The notes beneath the pieces were generated by a model. That model had not been told where the DNA came from. It did not search any database and was given only the letters and a program-made list of their open reading frames with translations. Source: a bacterium (lineage in GTDB: Bacteria; UBA8248). From it: a DNA stretch of 64,000 bases. The stretch lies in assembly GCA_965213625.1 (NCBI GenBank), contig CBDBZU010000004.1, positions 2,368,001 through 2,432,000 of the forward strand, given 5' to 3'. Of the stretch, positions 11,936 to 22,183 are shown one piece after another. Position 1 is the first letter of the stretch. Each line of letters opens with the position of its first letter. The translations under genes were made by a program, and so were the position numbers.

Positions 11936-13093
11936 ATGGCTACGCGGGAGTTGGGAATCATTCTGCACGGGGCGACGGGCGGCATCTGCTCTTTCCAGCA
12001 TCTGAGAAACTCGCTCATACCCATCATCAATGAAGGTGGCCTCGACGCAGGCGGCGAGAGAATCCTGCCGAAGCTCCTGCTTGTCGGCAGGAGCGAGGAG
12101 CGGCTCGCGAAACTGGCGGCCGAACACGGCGACCTTGACTGGACGACCGACCTCGATGCGGCTCTCGGTAACGCTGCCTATTCCGTCTTCTTCGACGCTG
12201 TGTCCACGCATTTACGGGTGAATGTACTCAAGCGCGCCATCGCCGCCGGGAAACACATTTATACCGAAAAACCCGTAGCTCCTACCGTTCAGGAGGGGAT
12301 GGAGCTTCTTAGCGCGGCGCAGGCCAAAGGCCTCAAGCACGGCGCGGTGGAGGACAAGCTCTTCCTTCCGGGGTTCCTGAAACTCAGGCGGGTGGTGGCG
12401 AGCGGTTTTCTGGGCCGCATCATCGGTTTTCAGATTCAATTCGGCTGGTGGGTATTCGACGGAATCGAAGCGGAATGCCAGCGCCCGAGCTGGAACTACC
12501 GAAAGGCGGGCGGCGGCGGTCTTATCTCGGACATGCATCCGCACTGGCGCTACGTCGTCGAGGGAACCTTGGGGCCGATTGCGCGCGTGGCGGCGCTCTC
12601 CTGGACGGGCCAGACCGAGCGCGCCGACGAAGCGGGGGCACGCTTCGATGTCGACGTAGAGGACAACGCGCATACCCTCCTGGAACTCGAAAGCGGCGCG
12701 CGCGGCGCGATTCTAAGCTCCTGGTCCACCAGGGTGCGGCGTGAGGACCTTGTGACTTTCCAGGTCGATGGAACCAAAGGCTCCGCGGTGGCGGGTTTAA
12801 GGCGCTGCTGGAAGCAGGGGACAAAAGACATGCCTTTGGTGCGCGGTTTCCTGATGGGGCGCGACGCGGACACCATGGACGTCTCGGTGGATTACCGCGA
12901 AAACTGGGAGGAAGAACCAGACCCCGAGCCTTATAAGAACCCCTATCGCTATGGTTGGGAGCGCTTTATCCGCCATGTAGCGGGCGATGAGCCATTTTAC
13001 GCCGATCTCACCGCCGGAATCCGGGACGTGAGGCTCGCAGAGGCCTGTCTCCAAAGCGCGCAAGAGGGCGGCTGGGTGGATATGAAGCCGTGA
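11936..13093 (+). CDS. Gfo/Idh/MocA family oxidoreductase
   Basis: HGATGGI, KHIYTEKP, DKLFLPG, QRPSWNYR..GGGLISDM.PHW. Confidence 0.88.
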   Translation: MATRELGIILHGATGGICSFQHLRNSLIPIINEGGLDAGGERILPKLLLVGRSEERLAKLAAEHGDLDWTTDLDAALGNAAYSVFFDAVSTHLRVNVLKRAIAAGKHIYTEKPVAPTVQEGMELLSAAQAKGLKHGAVEDKLFLPGFLKLRRVVASGFLGRIIGFQIQFGWWVFDGIEAECQRPSWNYRKAGGGGLISDMHPHWRYVVEGTLGPIARVAALSWTGQTERADEAGARFDVDVEDNAHTLLELESGARGAILSSWSTRVRREDLVTFQVDGTKGSAVAGLRRCWKQGTKDMPLVRGFLMGRDADTMDVSVDYRENWEEEPDPEPYKNPYRYGWERFIRHVAGDEPFYADLTAGIRDVRLAEACLQSAQEGGWVDMKP

Positions 13094-13117
13094 TGGGTAG
13101 CCTGGATGCTGTAAACC

Positions 13118-13609
13118 TCAGCCTATAGGGTCCTGCCCTCCACCGTGGTTCGTCACTTCCCCTTCATGCAGTTGAACGTAGGCCTGTGCGAGAACGATCG
13201 CGGCTGTGTTGGCGAGGTTGTAGGAGCGTATCGGCCCGGGCATGGGCACGTATATCCGCCGCTCGGGCCAGCGGGCATGCCACGAATCGGGCAGGCCTGT
13301 GTTTTCATTTCCCAGTAGCAGCACGTCTTCGTCCCGATACGCTACCCGGTCAAAACGCGAAGCGCCGAACTTCGTGATGAGCCAGGGCGTTCTCTCGCCC
13401 AGCCAATCGAGGAAGAGGGTTTCGTTCTCGTGGATGGTGAGTTTCACGTCGTGCCAGTAGTCCAGCCCCGCTCTTTTGAGTGAATTGTCCGAAAAATCGA
13501 ATTTCGCAGGTTCGATGATGTGGAGATGCGCATCCATCCCGACACACAAGCGGCCGATGTTTCCGGTGTTCTGCGGAATCGCCGGATGATAGAGAGCGAC
13601 GTGGAGCAT
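13118..13609 (-). CDS. trmL: tRNA (cytidine/uridine-34-2'-O)-methyltransferase, SPOUT
   Basis: PQNTGNIGRLC, RAGLDYW, GNENTGLP, RSYNLAN. Confidence 0.9.
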   Translation of the reverse strand: MLHVALYHPAIPQNTGNIGRLCVGMDAHLHIIEPAKFDFSDNSLKRAGLDYWHDVKLTIHENETLFLDWLGERTPWLITKFGASRFDRVAYRDEDVLLLGNENTGLPDSWHARWPERRIYVPMPGPIRSYNLANTAAIVLAQAYVQLHEGEVTNHGGGQDPIG

Positions 13610-13647
13610 TTCATTCTATTCGAAAGTTGAGGAGCCGAAGCCGATCA

Positions 13648-14961
13648 TTACGAAACGACGCCGCGAACGCTCGCCTTGTCCATCGCGTCGGTGAGGATGT
13701 CCATCGCCTGATCCATCTGCCCTTCTGTCGTCGTGGCCGGCGGCACGAAGCGAAGAACGCTTCCTCCGCGCCGCTGGCTGAAGATGAGGCCGTTCTCGAG
13801 GCATCTGCGGTTGATCTCGCTTCCCTGTCTGGTGGCGGGCGTTTTCGTCCGCCTGTCCTCCACCAGTTCGATCCCCTGCAGAAGCCCCCGGCCTCTGATG
13901 TCGCCCACCATTTCATACTGCTCTCCAAGCCAGGTGAGGCGCTCTCTCAGGTGGGCGCCGATTTTTCGCGCCTTGGCGGGTACGTCTTCCTGTTCGATGA
14001 CGTCGAGGCTAGCCACGCCTGCGGCGCAGGCGAGCGGGTCGTTCGTGTGTGAATGGGTGACGACGAACTCGGTGGACGCTATCTTCTCCTCCACCTCGGC
14101 GCTCGTCGAGACCGAAGAGATGCTCACGCCTCCGCCGAAATGCTTCGCCAGCGTCACGACGTCGGGCACCACCTCGTCCTTCTCGAAGCCGAACATCGTG
14201 CCCAGCTTGCCGAGACCCGTCTGTTCATCGTCCACGATGAGGAGCATGTCGCGCTCCTCGCAGTTTTCTTTGAGCTTCTTGAGCCATCCGGGGGGCGGCT
14301 CCACCACCCCGCCCGCGCTGAACAGGGGCTCGGTGATAACGGCGGCGGGCTTGCTCGTCGTTTGCGCGTCGATGAGCTCGAAACTCGTGTCCAGACAGGC
14401 GATCTCGCAATCGGGGAATTTCTGGGCGAGCGGGCAGCGGTAGCAGTAAGGCGCGACCATGGCCATGCTCCCCGGCGAGAGCGGCCCGTGCCCGCTGTGC
14501 CAGCCCGCGAATGTGAGTGAGCGCGCCGTATCGGAGAGGCCGTGGAAGCTGATGTGGGGGCTCGCGACCTCGAAGCCGTCGGTGTGTTTTCGGGCAATTG
14601 TCACCGCCGCCTCGTTGGCGTCAGCGCCCGATCCGAGAAAGAGGCTTTTCTCGAGCGGGGGCGGCAGCAGCGCGCCGAGCCGTTCGGCGAGAATGATTTC
14701 CTGATCGTTGAAGAAGCTACTGTGCGCGTGAATCAACTCATCACAGCTTTTCTTGATAGCGTCCGTGACGGTGGGGTGGTTGTGTCCCAAGGCGGAGCAC
14801 ATCTGGCCCGAGTTGAAGTCGAGGTATTCCTTGCCGTTCACGTCCTCGACGGTGGAACCCTCGCCGCGAACGAAGACGGGGCCCGAGAAAACCGACTTGT
14901 CCACCCGCCCGCGGAAGCTGTATTTTTTCGCCGAATCGAGCAGGTCTTTTTCGCTTCGCAT
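13648..14961 (-). CDS. Class III PLP aminotransferase, 2,2-dialkylglycine decarboxylase-like
   Basis: DFNSGQMCSALGHNHP, SFHG, EP..SAGG, DDEQTGLG, TLAKHFGGG; start could be 14976. Confidence 0.8.
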   Translation of the reverse strand: MRSEKDLLDSAKKYSFRGRVDKSVFSGPVFVRGEGSTVEDVNGKEYLDFNSGQMCSALGHNHPTVTDAIKKSCDELIHAHSSFFNDQEIILAERLGALLPPPLEKSLFLGSGADANEAAVTIARKHTDGFEVASPHISFHGLSDTARSLTFAGWHSGHGPLSPGSMAMVAPYCYRCPLAQKFPDCEIACLDTSFELIDAQTTSKPAAVITEPLFSAGGVVEPPPGWLKKLKENCEERDMLLIVDDEQTGLGKLGTMFGFEKDEVVPDVVTLAKHFGGGVSISSVSTSAEVEEKIASTEFVVTHSHTNDPLACAAGVASLDVIEQEDVPAKARKIGAHLRERLTWLGEQYEMVGDIRGRGLLQGIELVEDRRTKTPATRQGSEINRRCLENGLIFSQRRGGSVLRFVPPATTTEGQMDQAMDILTDAMDKASVRGVVS

Positions 14962-15214
14962 GGGAATCGCCTCCACGGGTTTGAGAAGTAGGGGTGCTCG
15001 TTGCGCACCTCTCGCAAATACGGTTTTTTCGGCAGAAGCCGCACTCCATGAAACGCTGATAAGCTGATTTATGGTTTAATACTACCGTATATTCATGGAT
15101 TCGGATATGGCTTATCATCGAGCCTTGAGGCGATGGTCTTTCATTGACGGAACGTCCATGAAACTGCGTGATCGCGTGAATCATGGCCCGTGACTTACAG
15201 GAGGGTTGGTTCGA

Positions 15215-16762
15215 ATGAACATGGCGGAGTTTCTGACCCGGGCGGCCAGAGCCTGCGGCGAGCGGCCAGCCATATCCTCGGGCGAGGCGGTTCATTGCAC
15301 GTATGAAACGCTTGCCCGCAGGGTGGGCTCCATGGCGGGTTATCTGCGCGAAGTTCTTGAGATGAAGCCTGGTGATCGCGTGGCCATCACCATGAAGAAT
15401 TGCCCGGCGTTTCTGGAGGTTCTCTACGCCATATGGCATGCAGGGTGCTGTGCGTTGCCCATCAACGCGAAACTCCATCCGAGGGAGATGGCCTTCATCC
15501 TAGAGAATGCGGGTGCGCGCTGCTGTTTCGCCACCTCCGACCTCATGGAGACGGTTGCGCCGCTTGTCGATGAAATTGAGACATTAAAGAGCGTGATGGA
15601 GGTCGACACCCCCGAATATCGGGTGATGCAATCTCGAGAGGCCATACCCATCGAACCACAGGAGCCCGATGATTTGGCCTGGCTCTTCTATACGAGCGGC
15701 ACGACGGGCCGACCGAAGGGCGCCATGCTCACGCATCAGAACCTCCACAGCATGAGCCTGAGCTATTTCGCCGACGTCGATCCGGTCTCTGAAAACGATT
15801 GCATTCTCCACGCCGCGCCCTTGTCCCACGGCTCTGGCCTGTACGCCATACCACACGTCTACAAGGCCGCGAACAACATCGTTCCCGAGAGCGGGGGGTT
15901 CGAGCCCCCGGAGATTTATCGTCTCATCGAGGCCTATCCGGGCCTCGCCATGTTCGCGGCGCCCACCATGGTGACGCGTCTGATTCAGCACGAGGCGCTC
16001 AAGAATGCGGATACACGGAATCTGAAGGTAATCGCCTATGGCGGCGGGCCGATGTACGTGGCAGACCTCAAAAAAGCCATGGATGCACTGGGAAACAAAC
16101 TCGTTCAGGTGTACGGGCAGGGGGAAAGTCCCATGACCATCACGGTTGTCTCCAGGGAGCGGCACGTCGACACTGACCACCCGCGCTATGAAGAACGGCT
16201 CGCATCCGTCGGTGTGCCGCACACCGTGGTCGAAGTGCGCGTGGTGGACGCCGAGGACAACACCCTGCCGCCGGGAGAGACGGGTGAGGTCCTCGTGCGC
16301 GGCGACGTCGTCATGAAGGGTTATTGGAACAACCCCGAGGCCACGGCGAGTGCGCTCAAGGGCGGGTGGCTCCACACGGGCGACGTGGGGGAAATGGATG
16401 AGGATGGATTCCTCACCCTCAAGGATCGCTCCAAGGACCTCATTATCAGCGGCGGGAGCAACATCTATCCCCGCGAGGTGGAGGAGGTGCTACTCCGACA
16501 CGAGGACGTTCTGGAGGTCTCCGTCATCGGGCGACCTCACCCGGATTGGGGGGAGGAGGTCATGGCCTTCGTGGTGCGCAAGGACGGGCGAGGCGTGAGC
16601 GAGGAAGAACTAGACGGCTTGTGTCTCGAACACATCGCGCGCTTCAAGCGCCCCCGGACGTACCGCTTCATCGAGGCCTTGCCGAAGAACAATTACGGAA
16701 AAGTTCTCAAGACGGCGCTTCGCGAGATGGCGGAGCGCGAATCCCGGGAAAGCGAAGGATGA
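15215..16762 (+). CDS. Acyl-CoA synthetase (AMP-forming)
   Basis: YTSGTTGRPKG, YGQGE, HTGD, DRSKDLIISGG.NIYPREVE, PKNNYGKVLK. Confidence 0.9.
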   Translation: MNMAEFLTRAARACGERPAISSGEAVHCTYETLARRVGSMAGYLREVLEMKPGDRVAITMKNCPAFLEVLYAIWHAGCCALPINAKLHPREMAFILENAGARCCFATSDLMETVAPLVDEIETLKSVMEVDTPEYRVMQSREAIPIEPQEPDDLAWLFYTSGTTGRPKGAMLTHQNLHSMSLSYFADVDPVSENDCILHAAPLSHGSGLYAIPHVYKAANNIVPESGGFEPPEIYRLIEAYPGLAMFAAPTMVTRLIQHEALKNADTRNLKVIAYGGGPMYVADLKKAMDALGNKLVQVYGQGESPMTITVVSRERHVDTDHPRYEERLASVGVPHTVVEVRVVDAEDNTLPPGETGEVLVRGDVVMKGYWNNPEATASALKGGWLHTGDVGEMDEDGFLTLKDRSKDLIISGGSNIYPREVEEVLLRHEDVLEVSVIGRPHPDWGEEVMAFVVRKDGRGVSEEELDGLCLEHIARFKRPRTYRFIEALPKNNYGKVLKTALREMAERESRESEG

Positions 16763-18135
16763 TGATGAGGGGCGCAGCACCAGGCGTGGAGGAGATGAAA
16801 TTCTCCAGGCTTCGGCAAGCGTATTCCTCGGGTGAGCAGACGCCTTCGGACGTGGTTCATGAGGTTTATCGGCGAATCGCCGCGCGCGGTGAAGACGGCG
16901 TGTGGATTCGCGTCGAATCTGAGCGTGATTTACTCGCGCGCGCGGAAGAGTTGGAGGCCCGCAAGGCGGATGCACTTCCCCTTTACGGCGTTCCCTTTGC
17001 GGTGAAGGACAACATCGACGTCGCGGGCGTTCCGACGACGGCGGCGTGCCCCGAATACGCCTATACGCCTGAGGAGAACGCTCCCTGCGTGGAACATCTG
17101 CTCGATGCCGGGGCCGTTTTCGTCGGGAAGACGAACTTGGATCAGTTTGCGCTGGGCCTTGTCGGCGTGCGCACGCCCTATGGCGTGGCCCGGAACCCGT
17201 TTCACGCGGACTACGTACCGGGCGGCTCGAGTTCAGGCTCGGCCGTGGCCGTCGCGGCGGGTCTGGTGAGTTTCGCGCTCGGTACGGACACGGCAGGTTC
17301 GGGCCGGGTGCCTGCGGGGTTCAACAACATAATTGGTCTCAAGCCCTCGCGGGGACTGGTGAGTACGCGGGGCGTGGTTCCCGCCTGCCGCACGCTCGAT
17401 TGCGTATCGGTCTTTGCTCTCGAGGCTTCGGATGCGCTTTGCGCCCTCGATACGATGGCCGCCGTGGATGAGTACCCGTACAGCCGTGCTCTTCCGGCGG
17501 GAGTCTCTTTGGAGATAAATGCGGATTTGCCGAAGGGGTTGAAGGCGGGAGTTCCTCTGCCCGGACAAAGAGATTTTCTGGGAGATGGTGAAGCGAAAAT
17601 GGTTTATGAGAGGGGGGTCGAGCGATTCTCTGAGATGGGCGTGGTTATGCAAGAGGTCGATTTCTCGCCTTTTTTCGAGGCGGCGAAACTCCTCTATGGC
17701 GGCCCCTGGGTGGCGGAGCGGCTGGCGGCGATTGAAGAGTTTTTTGGAGCGAAGCCGGATGCCCTCCATCCAGTCACGAGAGAGATAATAGAGGGAGCCT
17801 CCCGGTATACGGCTGTCGACGCTTTCCGGGCATTCTATCGACTGGAGGAACTAAAGCGCGAGGCAAAAAAAGTCTGGGAAGATATTGATATTGTGGCGGT
17901 TCCTACGACGCCCACGACCTATACGATAGACGAGGTGAATGCAGATCCCATCGCTTTGAACTCGAATCTGGGGATGTATACGAATTTTGTGAATCTCTTG
18001 GATTTATGCGCCATCGCCATCCCGAATGGATTTTATGCGAACAAGCTGCCTATCGGATTGACTCTTCTCGCGCCCACCTTCCAGGAGGGACTCTTGTGCA
18101 CGGTGGCGGAGGAGTTTCTGGCGAGGGCGGGTTGA
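16759..18135 (+). CDS. atzF: Allophanate hydrolase, amidase domain only
   Basis: AVKDNIDVAG.PTTAACP, GKTNLDQFA.GLVG.RTPYG, GGSSSGS, GTDTAGSGRVPA, NSNLG.YTNFVNLLD. Confidence 0.8.
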   Translation: MMMRGAAPGVEEMKFSRLRQAYSSGEQTPSDVVHEVYRRIAARGEDGVWIRVESERDLLARAEELEARKADALPLYGVPFAVKDNIDVAGVPTTAACPEYAYTPEENAPCVEHLLDAGAVFVGKTNLDQFALGLVGVRTPYGVARNPFHADYVPGGSSSGSAVAVAAGLVSFALGTDTAGSGRVPAGFNNIIGLKPSRGLVSTRGVVPACRTLDCVSVFALEASDALCALDTMAAVDEYPYSRALPAGVSLEINADLPKGLKAGVPLPGQRDFLGDGEAKMVYERGVERFSEMGVVMQEVDFSPFFEAAKLLYGGPWVAERLAAIEEFFGAKPDALHPVTREIIEGASRYTAVDAFRAFYRLEELKREAKKVWEDIDIVAVPTTPTTYTIDEVNADPIALNSNLGMYTNFVNLLDLCAIAIPNGFYANKLPIGLTLLAPTFQEGLLCTVAEEFLARAG

Positions 18136-18175
18136 AATAGATGAAAACGAGAAAAACTTTAACGGAGGATATCTG

Positions 18176-19075
18176 ATGAAACGATTGGGTTTTGTAGGAG
18201 TCGGAGCGATGGGCGGCCGCATGGTGCCGCATCTCATCAAAGCGGGCCATGAAGTGGGTGTGGTGGACGTCGGCCGCGAGGCTGTGGAGCGCGCCGTGTC
18301 ATATGGCGCTATCGAGGCGTCCGGCCCTGCGGAACTCGCCGCCACGTGCGAAATCGTGCTCACGTCCCTGCCCACGGGAGCCGAGGTGGAAGAGGTCTAT
18401 ATGGGCGAGGGTGGTCTCATGGAAGCAGTCGGCGAAGGCGGCCTGCTGGTCGACCTATCCACCATAGAACCCGACCAGAGCCGCAAACTCGCGGCCGAAG
18501 CGGCGGAGCGAGGCGCCGTTGCGCTCGATACGCCCGTCTCGGGCGGGGTGATGGGGGCGGATGCGGCGAGCCTCACCATCATGGTCGGGGGGCCGAAAGA
18601 GGCGTTTGATACGGCACAGCCCGTTCTGGCGCTTCTGGGGAAAAACATCATCCACGTCGGGGGGTACGGCGCGGGTCAGGTCGCGAAACTCTGCAACAAC
18701 CTCATCGCGGGCGTCACCATGGTGGCGGCGGCGGAGGCGTTCGCCATGGGGAAGGCATCGGGCGTGGACACCAAGATTCTCCACGAGGTGATCCGCACGA
18801 GCAGCGGCGGAAGCTGGGTGATGGAAAAAGACCCGCCTTGTCCCGATCTCATCGAGGGCGCGCCTTCGAGCAAGGATTTCGAGGCGGGCTTTACGGTGGA
18901 TTTGATGCTCAAGGACATGTCCCTGGCCGTTTCCGCCCTCATGTCACTCGGGATTCCGTGCCCTTCGGGCGCTGCCGCGAACCAGGTCTACCGCATGGCT
19001 TCGCGCGATGGTCTGGGGGATCTGGATTTCGCCGCGGTGGCCATGCTGACGGGTGCTGCGGAGCGACCGCAATGA
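18176..19075 (+). CDS. 3-hydroxyisobutyrate dehydrogenase family NAD(P) oxidoreductase
   Basis: GFVGVGAMG, DTPVSGG, LTIMVGG, GQVAKLCNN, F.VDLMLKDM. Confidence 0.88.
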   Translation: MKRLGFVGVGAMGGRMVPHLIKAGHEVGVVDVGREAVERAVSYGAIEASGPAELAATCEIVLTSLPTGAEVEEVYMGEGGLMEAVGEGGLLVDLSTIEPDQSRKLAAEAAERGAVALDTPVSGGVMGADAASLTIMVGGPKEAFDTAQPVLALLGKNIIHVGGYGAGQVAKLCNNLIAGVTMVAAAEAFAMGKASGVDTKILHEVIRTSSGGSWVMEKDPPCPDLIEGAPSSKDFEAGFTVDLMLKDMSLAVSALMSLGIPCPSGAAANQVYRMASRDGLGDLDFAAVAMLTGAAERPQ

Positions 19076-19130
19076 GCGATGCATTGTAGGGATGCGCTCG
19101 AGAACGAAGCGCCCTGATTGGAGGAACAAT

Positions 19131-20471
19131 ATGATGGAAGAGATGAATCCTGTCCAACTGAGCGCCGTTCGCGCCGCAAAGGCGATACGAGAGGGCGAAT
19201 TGACTTCCCAGGAACTCGTCGAGGCGTGTCTGGCCCGCATCGAGGATCAAGAAGAACAGATCGGCGCCTGGGAGCACCTGGACAAGGAATTCGCGCTCAA
19301 GCAGGCGAGGGAGGCCGACCTCGCCAGAGGGGACGGGAGGGCCCTCGGTCCTTTTCACGGGGTTCCCGTCGGAATCAAGGACATCATCGACACGGCCGAT
19401 CTGCCGACCGAGAACGGCTCCATACTTCATGCGGGCCGCCGGCCAACCGAGGATGCGCCACTCGTATCCCTGCTCAAAAACGCCGGCGCCGTCATCATGG
19501 GCAAAACCGTGACGACGGAGTTCGCCGTCTATCACCCCGGCAAGACGAAGAACCCCCACGACCCGAAGCGCACGCCCGGCGGCTCGTCGAGCGGTTCCGC
19601 CGCTTCCGTCGCCTCCCACATGGTTCCCGTGGCGGTGGGGAGCCAGACGAACGGCTCCGTGATACGGCCCGCCTCTTTTTGCGGCGTCTGCGGCTTCAAG
19701 CCCACCCACGGATCGATTTCTCGCTACGGCATGCTTCCGCAGTCAAGGCCGATCGATCACGTGGGCCTTTTTGCGCGCTCGGTCGAGGACATCGCCTTCC
19801 TGGGTGATCAGCTGATGGTCTTTGATGCGCGCGATCCGGATATGCGGCATCGCGCGGCCCCGAGACTGCTGGAAACCGCCGCCTCTGAGCCACCGGTCGC
19901 GCCTCGCTTCGCGTTCGTGAAAACGCCCGTCTGGGATCAGGCCGAAGAGGACGCGCAGGCGGCCTTTGAGGGATTGGCGACGCGTCTGGGCGAGAGGGTA
20001 GTGGAGGAAGTCGAACTGCCCGAGCCCTTCAATAACGCGATCGAATGGCACCAGATCATCCTGGAATCGAACCTCGCGCGGAACTTCGAGACGGAATACG
20101 AACGCGGCAGGGACAAGCTGAGCGATCTTCTGCGAAAGATGATGGAACGCGGCAAAAAGTATCTTGCGGTGGATTACACCCGGGCGGTGGAGAAGGTGCC
20201 CGTGCTGAACGGTTTGCTGGGGGAGATATTCGAGCGTTACGACGCCCTGCTCACACCGCCAGCGCCGGGGCAGGCGCCCCTGGGGCTCGGCGCGACGGGG
20301 AATCCGGTTTTCTGCACCATCTGGACCTTGTGCGGGACGCCGGCCGTGACGCTTCCTCTGCTGCAAGGAGCGGACGGGATGCCGATAGGGGTTCAACTCG
20401 TGGGACCCAAGGGAGACGACGCCAGGCTGCTCCGGACGGCGAGGTGGCTGGAATCCCGGCTCGGCGGGTAG
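19131..20471 (+). CDS. Amidase-signature family enzyme
   Basis: GIKDIID, GKTVTTEFA, TPGGSSSGSAA, GSQTNGSVIRPASFCG; GGAGG upstream. Confidence 0.9.
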   Translation: MMEEMNPVQLSAVRAAKAIREGELTSQELVEACLARIEDQEEQIGAWEHLDKEFALKQAREADLARGDGRALGPFHGVPVGIKDIIDTADLPTENGSILHAGRRPTEDAPLVSLLKNAGAVIMGKTVTTEFAVYHPGKTKNPHDPKRTPGGSSSGSAASVASHMVPVAVGSQTNGSVIRPASFCGVCGFKPTHGSISRYGMLPQSRPIDHVGLFARSVEDIAFLGDQLMVFDARDPDMRHRAAPRLLETAASEPPVAPRFAFVKTPVWDQAEEDAQAAFEGLATRLGERVVEEVELPEPFNNAIEWHQIILESNLARNFETEYERGRDKLSDLLRKMMERGKKYLAVDYTRAVEKVPVLNGLLGEIFERYDALLTPPAPGQAPLGLGATGNPVFCTIWTLCGTPAVTLPLLQGADGMPIGVQLVGPKGDDARLLRTARWLESRLGG

Positions 20472-20568
20472 TTTTACGGAATCCGCGCAATTCACGGCAG
20501 GTGGCGGTTTCGCCACGCTCATCGAAGAGCTTGCCGGGTACAAGGTCTGCGATACAGGTTAGCCTTAC

Positions 20569-20791
20569 GGGGTTGTTGAAAAAGTCCAGATTTCGGGATT
20601 CGGAACGACGGATGTGAAGTTGTAGGGGTCGCATATATGCGACCCTGCCTTTTACGCCTGCCGACTATGGGCCGCATATATGCGGCCCCTACACGACCAA
20701 TCTTACCCACTCGCGCCGAGCCGGCTTCACATCCATCGCTTCGTGACACTCCATACCGCCCGTTCCCAGAGCCGGGTTATTCAACAACCCC
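20569..20791. mobile_element. 223-bp MITE-like element with terminal inverted repeats and a TTAC target-site duplication
   Basis: GGGGTTGTTGAA...TTCAACAACCCC termini; TTAC at both 20565-68 and 20792-95; internal GTAG-type REP doublet. Confidence 0.75.
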
Positions 20792-22183
20792 TTACACGAC
20801 TATCTCCGGATCGCCGTCGCCGAGCCACCCGATGGCAGTCATCGAGACTTCCGTGCCCGCGACGGGCGAGACTTCCGGTATCTGAATGGCCGTGAAGGCC
20901 GGCCTTCGTTTCGGGAAATATCTCTTGAACAAGGGCTCGAGCGCCGATAGGTGAGCGATGTTCTGGAGAAATAGCGTCAGGTGCGTCACCCGGCTCATAT
21001 CGGAATCTGCTGCTTTCATCGCGCTCTCCATCTGATCCAGAATTTCCAGTCCCTGTAGGACTAAATTTCTCGTAGCCGGCGGAGACGTTTTCGGTAGTTT
21101 CCGGCGTAGCGCTCCCTTGAGCTCGCTTCTTCTGCTGATCGGTTCGCCGTCCCCGTTCAGGCCGACGAGGTTCGAGAGGAAGAGTACTCCCCCCGCCGCG
21201 ACGCCCAGGCTCATCTGGGCGCCTGCTCCATCCTCACCCCGAATGACCTCGCGCTTGATCTTGCTTTTGTTCATCAGCGCCGTGGGTTCGATTTCGATTT
21301 TCTCGCCCTTGTGGCCGACTTCCGCCACCTGCATCACCGTAAGTGCTGGCGGGTCTTTTGGGAAAAACCGCTCGTGGATGCGGTGGAAGGTGGGATAATC
21401 GCGCATGTCCCCGAGATAGACGGTGAGGTTCAGGATGTTTTCGAGCGAAGAGTCCGAGCCTTCCAGATGTTTCCGGATGAGGTCGTAGACGAACCACGTC
21501 TGCGCGGCGATGGGGCCGTTTCTGCTGTCCTCGTGGCTCTGCCCGACGGAGAGGAATCTTCCCCTTTTTGGGATGTCGGGATAGTTGCGGATAAGGGGAG
21601 AGCCGGGTTTGGAGGTATCGGTCGGAATCTGCCCGGCGACGAAAAGGTACGGCCCGGCGCCCACGACGTGTGAGAAATGGGCGGCGGCCGAATGGGCCTT
21701 CGAGCCTGCATGCTTCATCCTTTTCCCAAGAGTTTTCGCCGCTTCGGGATTTAAGGCGATGCCGTCGATGTTGAAGCGCACGGAACGCTCGGGGTCGAAC
21801 GCGCCCATGCCCACGGCGGTGCTCGGCGTTGGCGCTTTCGGTTCGTAGTGGCGCCTGATGCTGTCGAACACCGGGAAAAAGCGCTTATCCAGCTGGTAGA
21901 GGTGGAACCTGAGCAGATTCTCAAGCCCCCCGCCATTCGCCACGAGCGTTTCCCCAACGCCTTCATAGGTGGCGATGGCCTGCGCGCCGATGGGCGCTTC
22001 GATCTTGTCGACCCATGGGTAGTTTTTGGTCCGCGCGGGTCCGCTGTTCCCGATTTCGGCGTATCTGGTACAGATGTTCCCCGTTTTCGGGTGCATACCC
22101 ATCTGTCCGCTGAAGAACAGGAAAGGCCCGCCCGAAACGCACCGGGGCCACTTGGCGTGATCTGAAAAGAATTTTCTGGACAT
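20792..22183 (-). CDS. Rid (YjgF/YER057c/UK114) family protein with three tandem domains
   Basis: Three repeats: GPFLFFSGQMG, GPYLFVAGQIP, GGVLFLSNLVG, each followed by S/GLENI/L..LT.Y/FL-like and PA/S.T segments. Confidence 0.75.
   Translation of the reverse strand: MSRKFFSDHAKWPRCVSGGPFLFFSGQMGMHPKTGNICTRYAEIGNSGPARTKNYPWVDKIEAPIGAQAIATYEGVGETLVANGGGLENLLRFHLYQLDKRFFPVFDSIRRHYEPKAPTPSTAVGMGAFDPERSVRFNIDGIALNPEAAKTLGKRMKHAGSKAHSAAAHFSHVVGAGPYLFVAGQIPTDTSKPGSPLIRNYPDIPKRGRFLSVGQSHEDSRNGPIAAQTWFVYDLIRKHLEGSDSSLENILNLTVYLGDMRDYPTFHRIHERFFPKDPPALTVMQVAEVGHKGEKIEIEPTALMNKSKIKREVIRGEDGAGAQMSLGVAAGGVLFLSNLVGLNGDGEPISRRSELKGALRRKLPKTSPPATRNLVLQGLEILDQMESAMKAADSDMSRVTHLTLFLQNIAHLSALEPLFKRYFPKRRPAFTAIQIPEVSPVAGTEVSMTAIGWLGDGDPEIVV

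Noticed and set aside
18133-18144. UGA read-through extending atzF
   Set aside because: Another in-frame TGA follows two codons later, and there is no Cys-motif context.
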